In this document: piece by piece, positions 47,614 to 57,855 of the stretch
How the letters are laid out: the number at the start of each line of letters is the position of its first letter
Position numbering within the stretch: the stretch's first letter is position 1
Virus record (IMG/VR): IMGVR_UViG_3300017989_000061
Source: an uncultured virus (IMG/VR IMGVR_UViG_3300017989_000061)
Lineage: Duplodnaviria; Heunggongvirae; Uroviricota; Caudoviricetes
Strand: one strand, 5' to 3'
Length of the DNA: 64,000 nt
Translations under genes and position numbers: made by a program
The notes under the pieces: generated by a model
The model's database searches: none
Seen by the model: only the letters and a program-made list of their open reading frames with translations
Told to the model about the DNA's origin: nothing

Positions 47614-48654
47614 ATGGATTTTATTCAGCATCCCATGAAACTGTTCGGTTTGAAGGGCAGTGAGGAATACGCCAAAGAAGTTGCTGATGCTTTGAGTATC
47701 AAATTGTCAACTCATGAAGAGCGTGTTTTTGATGATGGGGAACCGTATTTGAAATCTTCTGATGGCAAACACGGAAATGTTCGTGGGCACAATTGTTTCG
47801 TAATTCAAAGTTTGTACGGCGACGACGAACTGACTGTCTCTGAAAGGTTCACGAGACTTCTCATCTTCATTGGTTCTTTGAAACAGGCAAGTGCCAATGA
47901 AGTGATTCCTGTTATTCCTCATTTAGGTTGGGCACGTCAGGATCGCAAGACAGCAAGTCGTGCTCCTGTCACTACCAAGATCATTGCAAAGGCATTACAG
48001 GACGCTGGCGGCGACAGGTTTCTGTTTTTTGACGTTCACAACAAATCAGCAATTGAAAATGCCTTTGATGTTCCAATTGACAATCTCGAAGCAAAACCAC
48101 TTCATGCTGACTGGTGTGCGAAGAAATTGGACGGAGCTGAAAAAATTGTTGTCATGTCACCCGATGCAGGTGGTTTGGGGCGAGCTGAAAGGTTCCGTAC
48201 AGCGTTGCACAGGCGATTGCCGAAATCCAACATTGGATTGGCTGTTTTTGACAAATTGCGTGATTCCACAACGGGAGAAGCACGTAGTGCAACAGGTGGG
48301 AAGTCCGTAGGGAACATTATCGGTGACGTACAGGATGCTCTTGTTATCATGCTTGATGACATGATTTCAACGTGTGGCACGATGATCAAGGCATGTCGAG
48401 CAGTGCCGGAATTTGGTGGGAAGGTGTATGCCATCTGCGTTACCCATGGCTTGTTTGTGGGAAAAGCCAATGAAAGATTGACAGAATTGGCTGACGATAC
48501 AAAAATTGTAATCGCCGACACAATACCCCCGTTCCGAGTCAATAAAGAGAATCGGAAGAGAGTACGTGTCGTCAAAACCACCGATATGGTTGCCGAAGCC
48601 ATATCAAAAATTAACAGTGGCACAGGCTCGATTTCTGAGTTGATTAACGCTTAA
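47614..48654 (+). CDS. prs: Ribose-phosphate pyrophosphokinase
   Basis: FDDGE, ARQDRK, DVH, SPDAGG..RA, DDMISTCGT, THGLF. Confidence 0.95.
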   Translation: MDFIQHPMKLFGLKGSEEYAKEVADALSIKLSTHEERVFDDGEPYLKSSDGKHGNVRGHNCFVIQSLYGDDELTVSERFTRLLIFIGSLKQASANEVIPVIPHLGWARQDRKTASRAPVTTKIIAKALQDAGGDRFLFFDVHNKSAIENAFDVPIDNLEAKPLHADWCAKKLDGAEKIVVMSPDAGGLGRAERFRTALHRRLPKSNIGLAVFDKLRDSTTGEARSATGGKSVGNIIGDVQDALVIMLDDMISTCGTMIKACRAVPEFGGKVYAICVTHGLFVGKANERLTELADDTKIVIADTIPPFRVNKENRKRVRVVKTTDMVAEAISKINSGTGSISELINA

Positions 48655-48842
48655 GCAACAGATGGGACAGCTTTTGGGTTTTTCCCATCAAGCAGTTCTT
48701 CCCTCAAAATCGTTACATTATCACCTGCTTTTATTCCCAGCCGTACTTTGTTGGCGTCGATTCTCACAACAGTGAGTTCGATATCCTCCTCACCAAACTG
48801 GAACAAAATCTTTTCGTCTCTTTTTCTTGACAGTACTAACAA
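48651..48842 (-). CDS. csrA: Carbon storage regulator CsrA/RsmA homolog
   Basis: (M)LVLSRK.DEKI...V..I..NKVRLGI.A...V.ILREEL; AAAGGAGG SD before TTG 48842. Confidence 0.9.
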   Translation of the reverse strand: MLVLSRKRDEKILFQFGEEDIELTVVRIDANKVRLGIKAGDNVTILREELLDGKNPKAVPSVA

Positions 48843-48920
48843 TTCGCCTCCTTTCATGGCTGCAATATAGGAGTAAATATGTTGCGATTTGTATTTTTTG
48901 AAAAATTTGGTGTTTAACTG

Positions 48921-48949
48921 TGGACATACCCTCATATCGGTCGTACTAT
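48921..48949 (+). promoter_or_regulatory. Sigma70-like promoter (TGGACA-17-TACTAT)
   Basis: GTCG before the -10 box. Confidence 0.55.
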
Positions 48950-49052
48950 TCATCTCAGGTGGTGACGATTGTTTGTTTGTGAGTTTCTTTAGTAGTCGGT
49001 GCTCTCAAACGTAAATCGTCAAAAGACTACATTTTCGCAAAGGAAACTCATT

Positions 49053-49595
49053 ATGAGTACCGCAGTCGATGTCAATCAGGTCGAAGATCAGTTGCTGGAC
49101 ACTTACGAACAGCTTGTCGAACGAACGTCACAGGCCGGTGAAACGCTGAAGAATTTCATCGATCAAAACCGTGAAATTCGAAAAGCTGAAAGTAAGATTC
49201 AGGAGCAACTCATGCAACTGATGGGCGGGAGTGCGATTCAGTCGCCACCTGCACCATCTGCTCCAAGCAAACGTGCATCTTCAAAAACAGGTGCCAAAAA
49301 GCGTGGTCGTCCCAAGAAGGGAACCAAAGCGGCAGCCAAGAGCAGCACAGGGAAGAAAAGAGATGGTTACCAGAACGATAAATCGCTCGCCACGGTAATC
49401 ATGGAAGTTCTGGGTCGCTCTGAAAACAAGAGCGGTCTCAACATTGCAGCCATTCGAGATGTCATCGAAGGCGAAAAGCTTTGGCTGACAGACAAAGACC
49501 TCAGCAAGCAGGTTCAGACTAACCTGCAATCTCTGAAGGGTCGTAAAAAGATCGTTCGAGATGCTGAAAAGAAGGTCTATTTCATTCCAGCCTGA
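49053..49595 (+). CDS. Nucleoid/histone-like protein (coiled coil, AT-hook, winged-helix-like C-terminus)
   Basis: KKRGRPKK AT-hook in a K/A-rich linker. Confidence 0.65.
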   Translation: MSTAVDVNQVEDQLLDTYEQLVERTSQAGETLKNFIDQNREIRKAESKIQEQLMQLMGGSAIQSPPAPSAPSKRASSKTGAKKRGRPKKGTKAAAKSSTGKKRDGYQNDKSLATVIMEVLGRSENKSGLNIAAIRDVIEGEKLWLTDKDLSKQVQTNLQSLKGRKKIVRDAEKKVYFIPA

Positions 49596-49609
49596 TTTCA
49601 GGTCAAATC

Positions 49610-49649
49610 AAAAAGTCCACGGAGATTTCGGTTTCCGTGGACTTTTTTT
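49610..49649. terminator. Bidirectional terminator
   Basis: AAAAAGTCCACGGA...TCCGTGGACTTTTT. Confidence 0.85.
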
Positions 49650-49650
49650 G

Positions 49651-50157
49651 TTATCTTACTTTTTTCATTGCACGTTCATAAAGGGCTTTTTGTCGAGCTT
49701 CTTCCTGTAAGAAAATCATTGGTCGATTGTAAAGCCTTCTATTCGCCAAAAATTCTTTAGCTTGTTGGCGACGAAATTCTTCTATTCTTTGCTTGCGGTG
49801 TATTGACGCTGCTCGTTCTTTAGCTGCTGCCAAAACTTTGGCATACGCCTCTGATTTCTGAAAATCTTTGACGCTGTCATATTTTACGCCCTTGTGGACA
49901 AAATAGCCTCTTTTTCCTTTTGTTTTATTTTTTCTTCTCTCAGCAGCTTTGGCTCTTCTTTCTTCTCTTTCTGCTTCTTTTCTCGCTTTGGCTTCATCTT
50001 CAATTTCCCAGTTGATTCGAACATGATTTGCCCAAGCATGAACATCTTTGACCCAAATATCGATGTCATTATAAGCTTTGGGATTAGGCACCTGAGCGTT
50101 GACATTGTTTCCAAACATTAAAATCGCTATTGCCGTAATAAGGAACCACTTCATCAT
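49651..50157 (-). CDS. Hypothetical protein with signal peptide
   Basis: AAAGGAGG SD, MMKWFLITAIAIL, charged helical body. Confidence 0.7.
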   Translation of the reverse strand: MMKWFLITAIAILMFGNNVNAQVPNPKAYNDIDIWVKDVHAWANHVRINWEIEDEAKARKEAEREERRAKAAERRKNKTKGKRGYFVHKGVKYDSVKDFQKSEAYAKVLAAAKERAASIHRKQRIEEFRRQQAKEFLANRRLYNRPMIFLQEEARQKALYERAMKKVR

Positions 50158-50202
50158 TACCTCCTTTCTGTAAAGATTTCCCATATACCACTCTTATATC
50201 TA

Positions 50203-51033
50203 GTGTTAAACTTAGAAACCAACATCCCAAAAATCAGTTGTTTGCTTGTTACAGCGGGAGGACGATTTGAATATTTCAAACAAAGCGTTCGTTGTTATCT
50301 TGATCAAACGTATCCAAATACGGAATTATTGATTCTAAATGAAGGGCCTAAAGAATATCAGCAACAAATTTCTGAACACGTTGAAAAGTTGAATCGGCCA
50401 GATGTTCGCCCTGTATTTTTAAATGGAGATTACACTTTAGGTGCTCTTCGAAACATTTCTATTGGGTTGGCTGAAGGAGATCTTTTTTGTCAGTGGGATG
50501 ACGACGATTTTAATATGCCCAATCGATTGGCTGTGCAATTTTCTTATTTGCGACACAGACCTCATTTGAGGGCCGTTTATCTTTCAGATCAGTTGCATTA
50601 TTATTTTCCAACCAGAGAGCTTTATTGGGAAGATTGGAAAATGTATCTCAGTAGTGGTCTTCTCAGGTATTCTTTGATTCCCGGAACAATCCTTGCTTGG
50701 AAGAAAGGTTTGGAAGGGCGTTATCCTTCCAGCGGAACACAATGCAAGACAGGCGAAGATACTGTGTTTTCAAATTATCTTTTGAGCAAACATGTGAACA
50801 TAGAAGTTCTCTCCGGGTTTGGCAATTTGCAGATTTACAGTTTTCACGGAAAGAATGTTTTTGATTTGGAACATCACACTGTGCTTTCTCGTTTAAGAAG
50901 TCATGGAAGACAAAAGATGATTCAGGAACGTGAACGTATTTGCAAAACAATTGATTACCTTAAACTGGAAGGCAAAATAAACGTAATGGGCCGAGAAGGT
51001 TTGGCTTTCACTTACACTTGTGGTGACTCATGA
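50203..51033 (+). CDS. Glycosyltransferase GT2
   Basis: ISCLLVT, QTYPN.E, LGALRN, WDDDD, GED. Confidence 0.9.
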   Translation: MLNLETNIPKISCLLVTAGGRFEYFKQSVRCYLDQTYPNTELLILNEGPKEYQQQISEHVEKLNRPDVRPVFLNGDYTLGALRNISIGLAEGDLFCQWDDDDFNMPNRLAVQFSYLRHRPHLRAVYLSDQLHYYFPTRELYWEDWKMYLSSGLLRYSLIPGTILAWKKGLEGRYPSSGTQCKTGEDTVFSNYLLSKHVNIEVLSGFGNLQIYSFHGKNVFDLEHHTVLSRLRSHGRQKMIQERERICKTIDYLKLEGKINVMGREGLAFTYTCGDS

Positions 51034-51431
51034 TTTCAAATACAATACCGAAGATTAGCTGCATTGTTTTGTCAGATAAAACACCTGATCAATCTTTTGT
51101 CGATGGTTTTTTGAATCAAAATTATCCCAACAAAGAGTTGGTGGCGTTGATTGAAGATTTGTCACTCATTGATGACAATTTTCTTTTTGTTCAAAGGCCG
51201 AGCAATTTAAGTGTTAACGAACAAAAAGATTTGTTGATTGAATTGACAACAGGAGATTTGATTTGTTGGTGGGAGTCTCAAGATGATGAATATTGGCTAA
51301 CTCGAAAATACAAACATTGGTGTGAAAAACATGAAGATGACGATGTGTTTTTCTCTAAAGTCAAATTCCACAAAGCCGGGAACATGTTGTATTCCGGCAC
51401 GGAGACAGAAATAGATCATGACTACTTCTAA
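51030..51431 (+). CDS. Short degenerate GT2-like protein
   Basis: PKISC, QNYPNKE, TGDLIC resemble the preceding gene; DxD motif lost. Confidence 0.6.
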   Translation: MISNTIPKISCIVLSDKTPDQSFVDGFLNQNYPNKELVALIEDLSLIDDNFLFVQRPSNLSVNEQKDLLIELTTGDLICWWESQDDEYWLTRKYKHWCEKHEDDDVFFSKVKFHKAGNMLYSGTETEIDHDYF

Positions 51432-52200
51432 AAGAGATAAGGTTATTGATTACATCGCATTAGTGACTAAGCCATTGGTTTGGTATTCAGTCATCATGCT
51501 TTTCTTGGAAATACACGCCGGTGCTGAAACAAGTCATGAATCACACTGGTTTTTTCTTTGGTCAGAGCGATTTGTCGCAGGTGTAATGACTATTGAATAT
51601 GTTTTACGATGGAAGAAAAGCGGGAAATTTCTTGAATACCCGCTTTCTGCTTTTGGAATCATTGATCTGATATCTATTGTGCCATTCTGGGCAGGATTCT
51701 TTCTTGCATCACAAAGCTCTTTGCACTTAGTGCGTACACTCAGATGTCTGAGAATGCTCAAGTTCTTCCGTTACAGCCGATCACTTCAATTGATGGCTCT
51801 CGGGTTTTACAGATCGTGGTTTAATTTAAAGCCTCTGTTGTTCACTACTTTTATTGTCGTGATGTTTACCATGTTTGCTCTTTATGAAGTGGAAGGACCA
51901 CATCAGGAAGAGTTTCGTGATTTATTCACTGTGCTTTACTTCTTGGAAACAACAGCAACGACTGTTGGGTATGGAGATCATTCTCCAGCTACAGTTGGTG
52001 GTCGTTTGATTGTGATGGGCTTTATGGTTGTTGGCTTGGCTATTTTTATGGCTTGTTTTTCTGCCATCACAAATGCTTTCGATAAGACAATAGAAGAGGA
52101 AATCGACCCAAACATTGATCCACTTGAAGAATTCAAAAAGGTGAGAGAACAGCGTAAGGGAAAAGGAAAGTGGTTTAGTTGGAGGAACAATGAAGTTTGA
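51418..52200 (+). CDS. Voltage-gated-type potassium channel
   Basis: TTVGYGD selectivity filter; S4-like RTLRCLRMLKFFR; several TM segments. Confidence 0.9.
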   Translation: MTTSKRDKVIDYIALVTKPLVWYSVIMLFLEIHAGAETSHESHWFFLWSERFVAGVMTIEYVLRWKKSGKFLEYPLSAFGIIDLISIVPFWAGFFLASQSSLHLVRTLRCLRMLKFFRYSRSLQLMALGFYRSWFNLKPLLFTTFIVVMFTMFALYEVEGPHQEEFRDLFTVLYFLETTATTVGYGDHSPATVGGRLIVMGFMVVGLAIFMACFSAITNAFDKTIEEEIDPNIDPLEEFKKVREQRKGKGKWFSWRNNEV

Positions 52201-53182
52201 ACAGAGATATCCCGATGGAGGTTCACATGATTTTGGTCATACGGTAATGGTCAGAGGCGATTTGGGAGCTTGTGATCATTGCCAAAGTTTTACACGTTGG
52301 AAAGATAAAGTCCTCAACAAATTAGTTTGTAGTGAAGAGTGCGGGACAGCTTTGTGGAAAGATAATGCTGCGGAATCGCCTGAAATAACCAGACAAAACA
52401 CTTATGCTCTGTACGGACGCCAAATTAGAGAAGAATTAGACCTGACAGCAGAGTGGATGGATAATAATGTTGCAACTAAAGACATCATTGTTGTTGTCAA
52501 AGATCAACTGGAATATGTTCAAAATTGTTTGAAGTCCATCAAAGAACACACTGTTGAGTATCGTTTGTTTGTTTGGGACAACGGTTCAGACACCCCTACA
52601 CGTGAGTATCTTGAACAATTGAGTATCAGTGGAGAAATCGAACTGTTACGAAGTGAGAAAAATATTGGCTTCATAAAGCCGAACAATGAATTGGCTGGTT
52701 GGGGAGATGGAGATTATATCATTCTTCTCAACAGCGACACTGTTGTGTTTGAAGGTTGGGATTCGGCAATGATTGCTTTCCTTCAAACACACGAAGACGT
52801 AGGAGTTGTGGGCCAGCTTGGCGGAATGTTGAATGAAACAGGATTGGGAGTAGATTCTGGTTTTGGTTATGATGTTGATTACATCATGGGTTGGTGTCTT
52901 TGTCTCAGCAGAGACACTTACGAAGAGCATGGTCTATTCAATAAGCAATTGACTTTTGCATATTGTGAGGATGCTGATTTGAGTCTGAGGCTCAAAGAAG
53001 CTGGATTGAAAGTGTATGCCCTGCACGCACCTTTGGTTCATCATTATGGCAACAAGACAATTAAGCAGGTTTCACAGGAAGGTGAGATCGATGTCAAGAA
53101 GACGTTTGATCTCAACCATCAATACATGCAGGTCAGATGGAAAGATTATCTCGAAAAAGGAAGAGTGAGACATGGAAGTTAA
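52190..53182 (+). CDS. Glycosyltransferase GT2 with N-terminal Cys motif
   Basis: CDHC...CSEEC; WDNGSD, NIGF, LLNSD, YCEDAD. Confidence 0.9.
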   Translation: MKFEQRYPDGGSHDFGHTVMVRGDLGACDHCQSFTRWKDKVLNKLVCSEECGTALWKDNAAESPEITRQNTYALYGRQIREELDLTAEWMDNNVATKDIIVVVKDQLEYVQNCLKSIKEHTVEYRLFVWDNGSDTPTREYLEQLSISGEIELLRSEKNIGFIKPNNELAGWGDGDYIILLNSDTVVFEGWDSAMIAFLQTHEDVGVVGQLGGMLNETGLGVDSGFGYDVDYIMGWCLCLSRDTYEEHGLFNKQLTFAYCEDADLSLRLKEAGLKVYALHAPLVHHYGNKTIKQVSQEGEIDVKKTFDLNHQYMQVRWKDYLEKGRVRHGS

Positions 53183-53924
53183 AAAGAACATTTTTGATTA
53201 CCTTACCATCCCTCTTGGGAAGTGGTTTAAAGTTCCGGTTTATTTGCATTGGAGCTGGACCATCTTCTTTGGGTTGTTGTTGTTCGTGGATTTGAAAAGT
53301 AGTTCCAGTAATTCAGTCATTTTGTTGGGCGTGTTCTTAATTGTCATTCTTCATGAATTTGGCCATTGTATAGCTGCTCAATACTATCACTGGAAAGTTC
53401 ATCATATTTACCTTTACCCCATTGGGGGAGCAGCTTACATGGAATTTCAACCAGTTCCAAAAGAGGAGTTGGTTGTTTCTGCGGCGGGTCCATTGGTTAA
53501 CGTGTTGTTGATTCCATTTTTCTCTTTTTTAACGATACCATTTATACCAGAACCCATTTGGGTCAAAATTGCAGCAGTAAATATCGTTATCTTGTTCTTT
53601 AATCTTCTTCCAATATTTCCCATGGATGGAGGTAGATTGTTGAGGGCAACATTGCAGTTTAAGTTGCCTCGTTTGAAAGCCACTCTGTACGCAACACGAA
53701 TTGGTCAGGTTTGCTGTGTGTTGCTTGCCGGTTTTGGTTTCATGATGGGCCATGTGATGCTCATTGCGATTTCAATTTTCATTGCATTAGCTGGACAAAG
53801 TGAACTGGAAGCTGTGAAAAAGGCCGAAGAGAAGAACGAAAATGTCAATCTTCTATCGAATTCCGTAGATACACTGGAGAGCCTCCAAGCTAAAATCGAT
53901 AAACACAACAAAAAATTTGATTAA
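53172..53924 (+). CDS. Site-2 protease (peptidase M50)
   Basis: HEFGH, AAGP, FNLLPIFPMDGGR. Confidence 0.95.
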   Translation: MEVKKNIFDYLTIPLGKWFKVPVYLHWSWTIFFGLLLFVDLKSSSSNSVILLGVFLIVILHEFGHCIAAQYYHWKVHHIYLYPIGGAAYMEFQPVPKEELVVSAAGPLVNVLLIPFFSFLTIPFIPEPIWVKIAAVNIVILFFNLLPIFPMDGGRLLRATLQFKLPRLKATLYATRIGQVCCVLLAGFGFMMGHVMLIAISIFIALAGQSELEAVKKAEEKNENVNLLSNSVDTLESLQAKIDKHNKKFD

Positions 53925-53943
53925 TTCGGATTTTAGAATCTGC

Positions 53944-53972
53944 TTTACAGAGACCCATTTTTGACGTAAAAT
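53944..53972 (+). promoter_or_regulatory. Sigma70-like promoter (TTTACA-17-TAAAAT)
   Basis: TGACG before the -10 box; upstream of clpX. Confidence 0.65.
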
Positions 53973-54006
53973 GTAGGCATACAGGGGTTTCCCAAAAGGA
54001 GGTTAC

Positions 54007-55269
54007 ATGTCAAGTCGAGTAAAACATTGCAATTTTTGTGGCAAACCCAACGAGCCAATGATCGAGGGGATTTTTGGCACAAAGGTTGCAAAAGAGAAAT
54101 CTGTGCACATTTGCGCAGATTGTGTTGAGCAGTGTGAAGAAGTGTTGAATGAAGAGTTAAGGAAGAGAGCAGTTGCTCGAAACCGACTTCTCACCGTTCC
54201 AACGCCCAAAGAAGTATACGATCACCTCAGTCAGTACGTTGTCGGTCAGGAAGACGCTAAGCGTGTTCTTTCCGTGGCTGTAACAAGCCACTTCAGAAGG
54301 TTGCGAGACCTTGATTCGAATACAATTACCGACAAAGAACTGCGAGATGTTGAGATTGAAAAATCCAATGTGCTTCTCATGGGTCCAACAGGAACAGGAA
54401 AGACACTATTGGCAAAGACATTGTCAGAGTTTCTGGATGTTCCTCTTGCGATTGGTGATTCAACGACATTAACCGAAGCAGGTTATGTCGGAGAAGATGT
54501 TGAAAACCTTCTTCTCAAACTTCTTCATGCTTGCGATTTCGATATCGATAAAGCCCAACGAGGGATCATTTTTATCGATGAGATCGATAAGATTGGAAGT
54601 ACACATAATAACGTTTCCATCACACGTGATGTGAGCGGAGAAGGCGTGCAGCAGTCTTTGCTTAAGATCATTGAGGGAACTGTAGCCAATGTGCCTCCTC
54701 AAGGTGGGCGAAAGCATCCAGAGCAGCAATACATTCAGTTTGATACATCGAATGTGCTGTTTATATGTGGTGGATCATTCGTTCATCTTCCAGAAATTAT
54801 CCAACGCCGAGTTGGCGGTGGGAACATTGGTTTCAATCAGGAGGCAAAGACAGAAAAGGAAGAGATTACTGGTTTGATGTCGCAAGTTGAGCCAGAAGAT
54901 CTTGAGAAGTTCGGTTTGATCCCCGAGCTAATCGGACGACTTCCTGTGATCACATCTTTGCAGGAAATGTCTGAAGCTGATTTAATTAGAGTCATGACAG
55001 AACCCAAGAATGCATTGATCAAGCAATATCGAAAGCGATTTGCTTATGAAGGTGCTGATTTGAGTTTTACAGATGGTGCTCTTGAGGAAATTGCACGAGT
55101 TGCCAAAGAAAAGGGAACTGGTGCAAGAGCACTCAGGTCTGTCATTGAAGGACTAATGAACGATTGGCTGTTTGAACTTCCTGAGTACACAGGTGATAAA
55201 ACTTTACGTGTCACTGCTGCTCATGTGAAGGGTGACAAACCGTTGCTCAAGAAAACCAAGGCTGCTTAA
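54007..55269 (+). CDS. clpX: ATP-dependent Clp protease ATPase subunit ClpX
   Basis: C4 zinc finger, [24 protein letters not shown] and IGF loops, GARALR. Confidence 0.97.
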   Translation: MSSRVKHCNFCGKPNEPMIEGIFGTKVAKEKSVHICADCVEQCEEVLNEELRKRAVARNRLLTVPTPKEVYDHLSQYVVGQEDAKRVLSVAVTSHFRRLRDLDSNTITDKELRDVEIEKSNVLLMGPTGTGKTLLAKTLSEFLDVPLAIGDSTTLTEAGYVGEDVENLLLKLLHACDFDIDKAQRGIIFIDEIDKIGSTHNNVSITRDVSGEGVQQSLLKIIEGTVANVPPQGGRKHPEQQYIQFDTSNVLFICGGSFVHLPEIIQRRVGGGNIGFNQEAKTEKEEITGLMSQVEPEDLEKFGLIPELIGRLPVITSLQEMSEADLIRVMTEPKNALIKQYRKRFAYEGADLSFTDGALEEIARVAKEKGTGARALRSVIEGLMNDWLFELPEYTGDKTLRVTAAHVKGDKPLLKKTKAA

Positions 55270-55285
55270 ACTGTCAATTGACGCT

Positions 55286-55314
55286 AAAAGCCGTCCATTG
55301 GGCGGCTTTTCTTT
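55286..55314 (+). terminator. Rho-independent terminator
   Basis: AAAAGCCGTCCA-T-TGGGCGGCTTTT followed by T-tract. Confidence 0.75.
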
Positions 55315-55324
55315 TGGAGGAATC

Positions 55325-55618
55325 ATGGCTACTCAGGATGGGCCTCGATACGTTGTCTGTTTACAGAAATTGGATGATTTGTGTTGTTCAACGTATGAAT
55401 TTGAAACAGAGAAGCTGGCCGAGGCAAAATCTAAAGCAGATGAAATGTTTGAACAACATGGAAAGAAACGTATGGTTCATATTATTGATCGTGAAAATGG
55501 TCTAAGCGATCCGTATAGACTCAAACCATTAGAAGATGCTAAAATTGATGAACCAGAAGAAAAACCAACTAAGAAGAAAAGAAAGGCAACACAGAGAACT
55601 GTGAAAAGGAAAAAATGA
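55325..55618 (+). CDS. Hypothetical protein with basic tail
   Basis: GGAGG SD before MATQDG. Confidence 0.7.
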   Translation: MATQDGPRYVVCLQKLDDLCCSTYEFETEKLAEAKSKADEMFEQHGKKRMVHIIDRENGLSDPYRLKPLEDAKIDEPEEKPTKKKRKATQRTVKRKK

Positions 55619-56376
55619 CAATCAATCGAACTCTCAGCCATGATAAGACTTCTTTTCTCCGCATCGTCGGGGATATTCATGGCTATCATAAGTGGTATAG
55701 AAGATTAACAAAAGGACATAGCCCCAGTGGTTTATCCGAACCCGAATACACCATTCAGATAGGTGATTTGGGTTTTATGTATAATGTTTTGGATGAACTT
55801 GATCCACAGCACCATAAAGTGTTAGCTGGCAACCATGATAACTATGCTATCATGGGAAACTATCCTCATTTCTTGGGGGATTTTGGAGTTCATACAATCC
55901 CTGAATTTGGTGATGTGTTTTTTATTCGAGGTGCATTTAGCATAGATAAAGTAAATCGTAGTCTTGGTGTTGATTGGTGGGAAGAAGAAGAATTGACTGT
56001 AGAGCAGGGAGAGGAAGCTTTAAAGCTTTACAAAGAAGTCAAACCTGATTTTGTTATCTCACATGATGCTCCTTTGAATGTCGTGCCTTATGTGACGAAT
56101 CCCAGAATAGCATTTAATTTCGGCTTTTCTAATTCAGTAATTAAAACCAAAACAGCTCAATTGCTACAGGTAATGGCTGCGTTTCATCGTCCTAAAATTC
56201 ATTTCTTTGGTCATTATCACGTTGATTTTGATTGTTATGTTGATGCAACCAATGGCGAAGTGATGCCAGATGATTGTCTTCCAGAAGACAAGAAATATTA
56301 CACTCGTTACATATGCGTGGATAAAATGAAGCATATAGATTTAGATAAAGACTTCTTGCAAAACATGCGAGAATGA
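55615..56376 (+). CDS. Metallophosphoesterase (calcineurin-like)
   Basis: GDIHG, GDLG, GNHD, SH, GHYH. Confidence 0.9.
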   Translation: MTINRTLSHDKTSFLRIVGDIHGYHKWYRRLTKGHSPSGLSEPEYTIQIGDLGFMYNVLDELDPQHHKVLAGNHDNYAIMGNYPHFLGDFGVHTIPEFGDVFFIRGAFSIDKVNRSLGVDWWEEEELTVEQGEEALKLYKEVKPDFVISHDAPLNVVPYVTNPRIAFNFGFSNSVIKTKTAQLLQVMAAFHRPKIHFFGHYHVDFDCYVDATNGEVMPDDCLPEDKKYYTRYICVDKMKHIDLDKDFLQNMRE

Positions 56377-56759
56377 TTCAGGAGGATAAGATGTGGGAAT
56401 ACTTACCTTGGTTAGCAATATTATTTTTGTCAGGTGGTTATTTCATGCAGGTTTGGAAGATTCACGTACATCGAGAAGTTCGTGACCTTTCCATAACATA
56501 CCACATCTTTCTTTTGATTGGGTTTTCTCTGTTGTTTATCAGAGCTTGGCATGATTCATCAACTCTTTTTATCGTGAAGCAAGTTGCCTCTTTTGTTCCA
56601 GTTTTAATTATTTTGCTCCAGATATTCTATCATCGAAAAGATCATTGGCACGATGATGCCGACCCGACTTGTTCAGGCTGCGAAGGGGAAATTGAATTGG
56701 ATTGGAAGCATTGTCCATATTGTGGCTTGGAAGTGCCCAAAGAAGAAGTTCAGTTTTGA
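56373..56759 (+). CDS. PQ-loop/SemiSWEET-like membrane protein with C-terminal Zn ribbon
   Basis: QVWKI....VRDLS, three TM segments, CxxC...CPYCG. Confidence 0.6.
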   Translation: MIQEDKMWEYLPWLAILFLSGGYFMQVWKIHVHREVRDLSITYHIFLLIGFSLLFIRAWHDSSTLFIVKQVASFVPVLIILLQIFYHRKDHWHDDADPTCSGCEGEIELDWKHCPYCGLEVPKEEVQF

Positions 56760-56781
56760 ATATGGATATCTATATTAAAGC

Positions 56782-57855
56782 ATGTATGTAGAAGCTTACT
56801 GCCCATATCCGTTTAATCGTGCAAGAGTCACAGCCGAAGGCAATGTGGCCTTTTGTTGTTTTCAGCGTCCTCCCAGTGTTGATGCTGGTTTAGTGCATTT
56901 GAAAACAAACAATGCGCCTCAATCGCCTTATATTGGAAATGTATTTGATCAACCATTTGATGAAATTTGGTTTGGTGATTTAGCGGAAGAAATAAGGGAG
57001 AAAACGCTGGAAGGAGAATTGCATTCTCTTTGTCAGGTTCCCGGTTGTCCGTTCACTAAGATGAAGTTGCCTTATCCGAAAGAAAATATAACGTACAATG
57101 AATATCCAAATTTTCTTGAAGTGGATCTTCCAAATACACACTGTAATGTTGGGCTTCAAAATCCAAATGAAGAACATCCAGCATGTGTAATGTGCGAGCG
57201 TGCTAACCCTTTGTTCCAGCCCGAAGAAAATCGGATCATGGAAGTGATGGAACGAATTAAACACATTGTTCCAAATTTACACCAAATACACATACAAGGA
57301 ATTGCTGAGCCATTTTGGAAAGATATGATTTTCGAAATGATGGATGCAATTGAATATGACAAATATTCTGATGGCATCACAATGAGCACAACGACCAATG
57401 GAATACCCCTCAATAAAAAAAGAAGAGAAGAGTGGTTGAAACGTGCTCCATATTCTATCACCAATTTTTCAATAGATGCAGCCAGCCCTGAAACATATCA
57501 AGGGATTCGCATTCTTCCTGTTTTTGACACTGTGTTGGAACACCTTTATGCTTTTTCAAAAGCTCGTGTCAGAGAGCGGCAGTTCCTTAGAATCCACAAT
57601 AATATCAACGTCATGAATTTACATGAGGTTTTGGATATGGTTAACATCGCTGCCAAGGCTAATGTAGAATACATAGAATTTAATCCCACAGATGGTTTTA
57701 ATCACGTTATTCTCGTTAACGAAAAGAATTGCGGCAAATTCAAAAAGGCACAGGAAGACATCATTGAGAAGTGTGAAAAACTAGGTGTGCCGTACAACTT
57801 TTTAAGACCACTGGATATGGGACTGACTGATAGATTGGTTCAGATTACGTTATGA
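56782..57855 (+). CDS. Radical SAM protein (N-terminal SPASM-like domain, CX13CX2C)
   Basis: CPYPF...GNVAFCC, CNVGLQNPNEEHPACVMC, AEP, TNG, SIDAA..ETY..IR. Confidence 0.8.
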   Translation: MYVEAYCPYPFNRARVTAEGNVAFCCFQRPPSVDAGLVHLKTNNAPQSPYIGNVFDQPFDEIWFGDLAEEIREKTLEGELHSLCQVPGCPFTKMKLPYPKENITYNEYPNFLEVDLPNTHCNVGLQNPNEEHPACVMCERANPLFQPEENRIMEVMERIKHIVPNLHQIHIQGIAEPFWKDMIFEMMDAIEYDKYSDGITMSTTTNGIPLNKKRREEWLKRAPYSITNFSIDAASPETYQGIRILPVFDTVLEHLYAFSKARVRERQFLRIHNNINVMNLHEVLDMVNIAAKANVEYIEFNPTDGFNHVILVNEKNCGKFKKAQEDIIEKCEKLGVPYNFLRPLDMGLTDRLVQITL

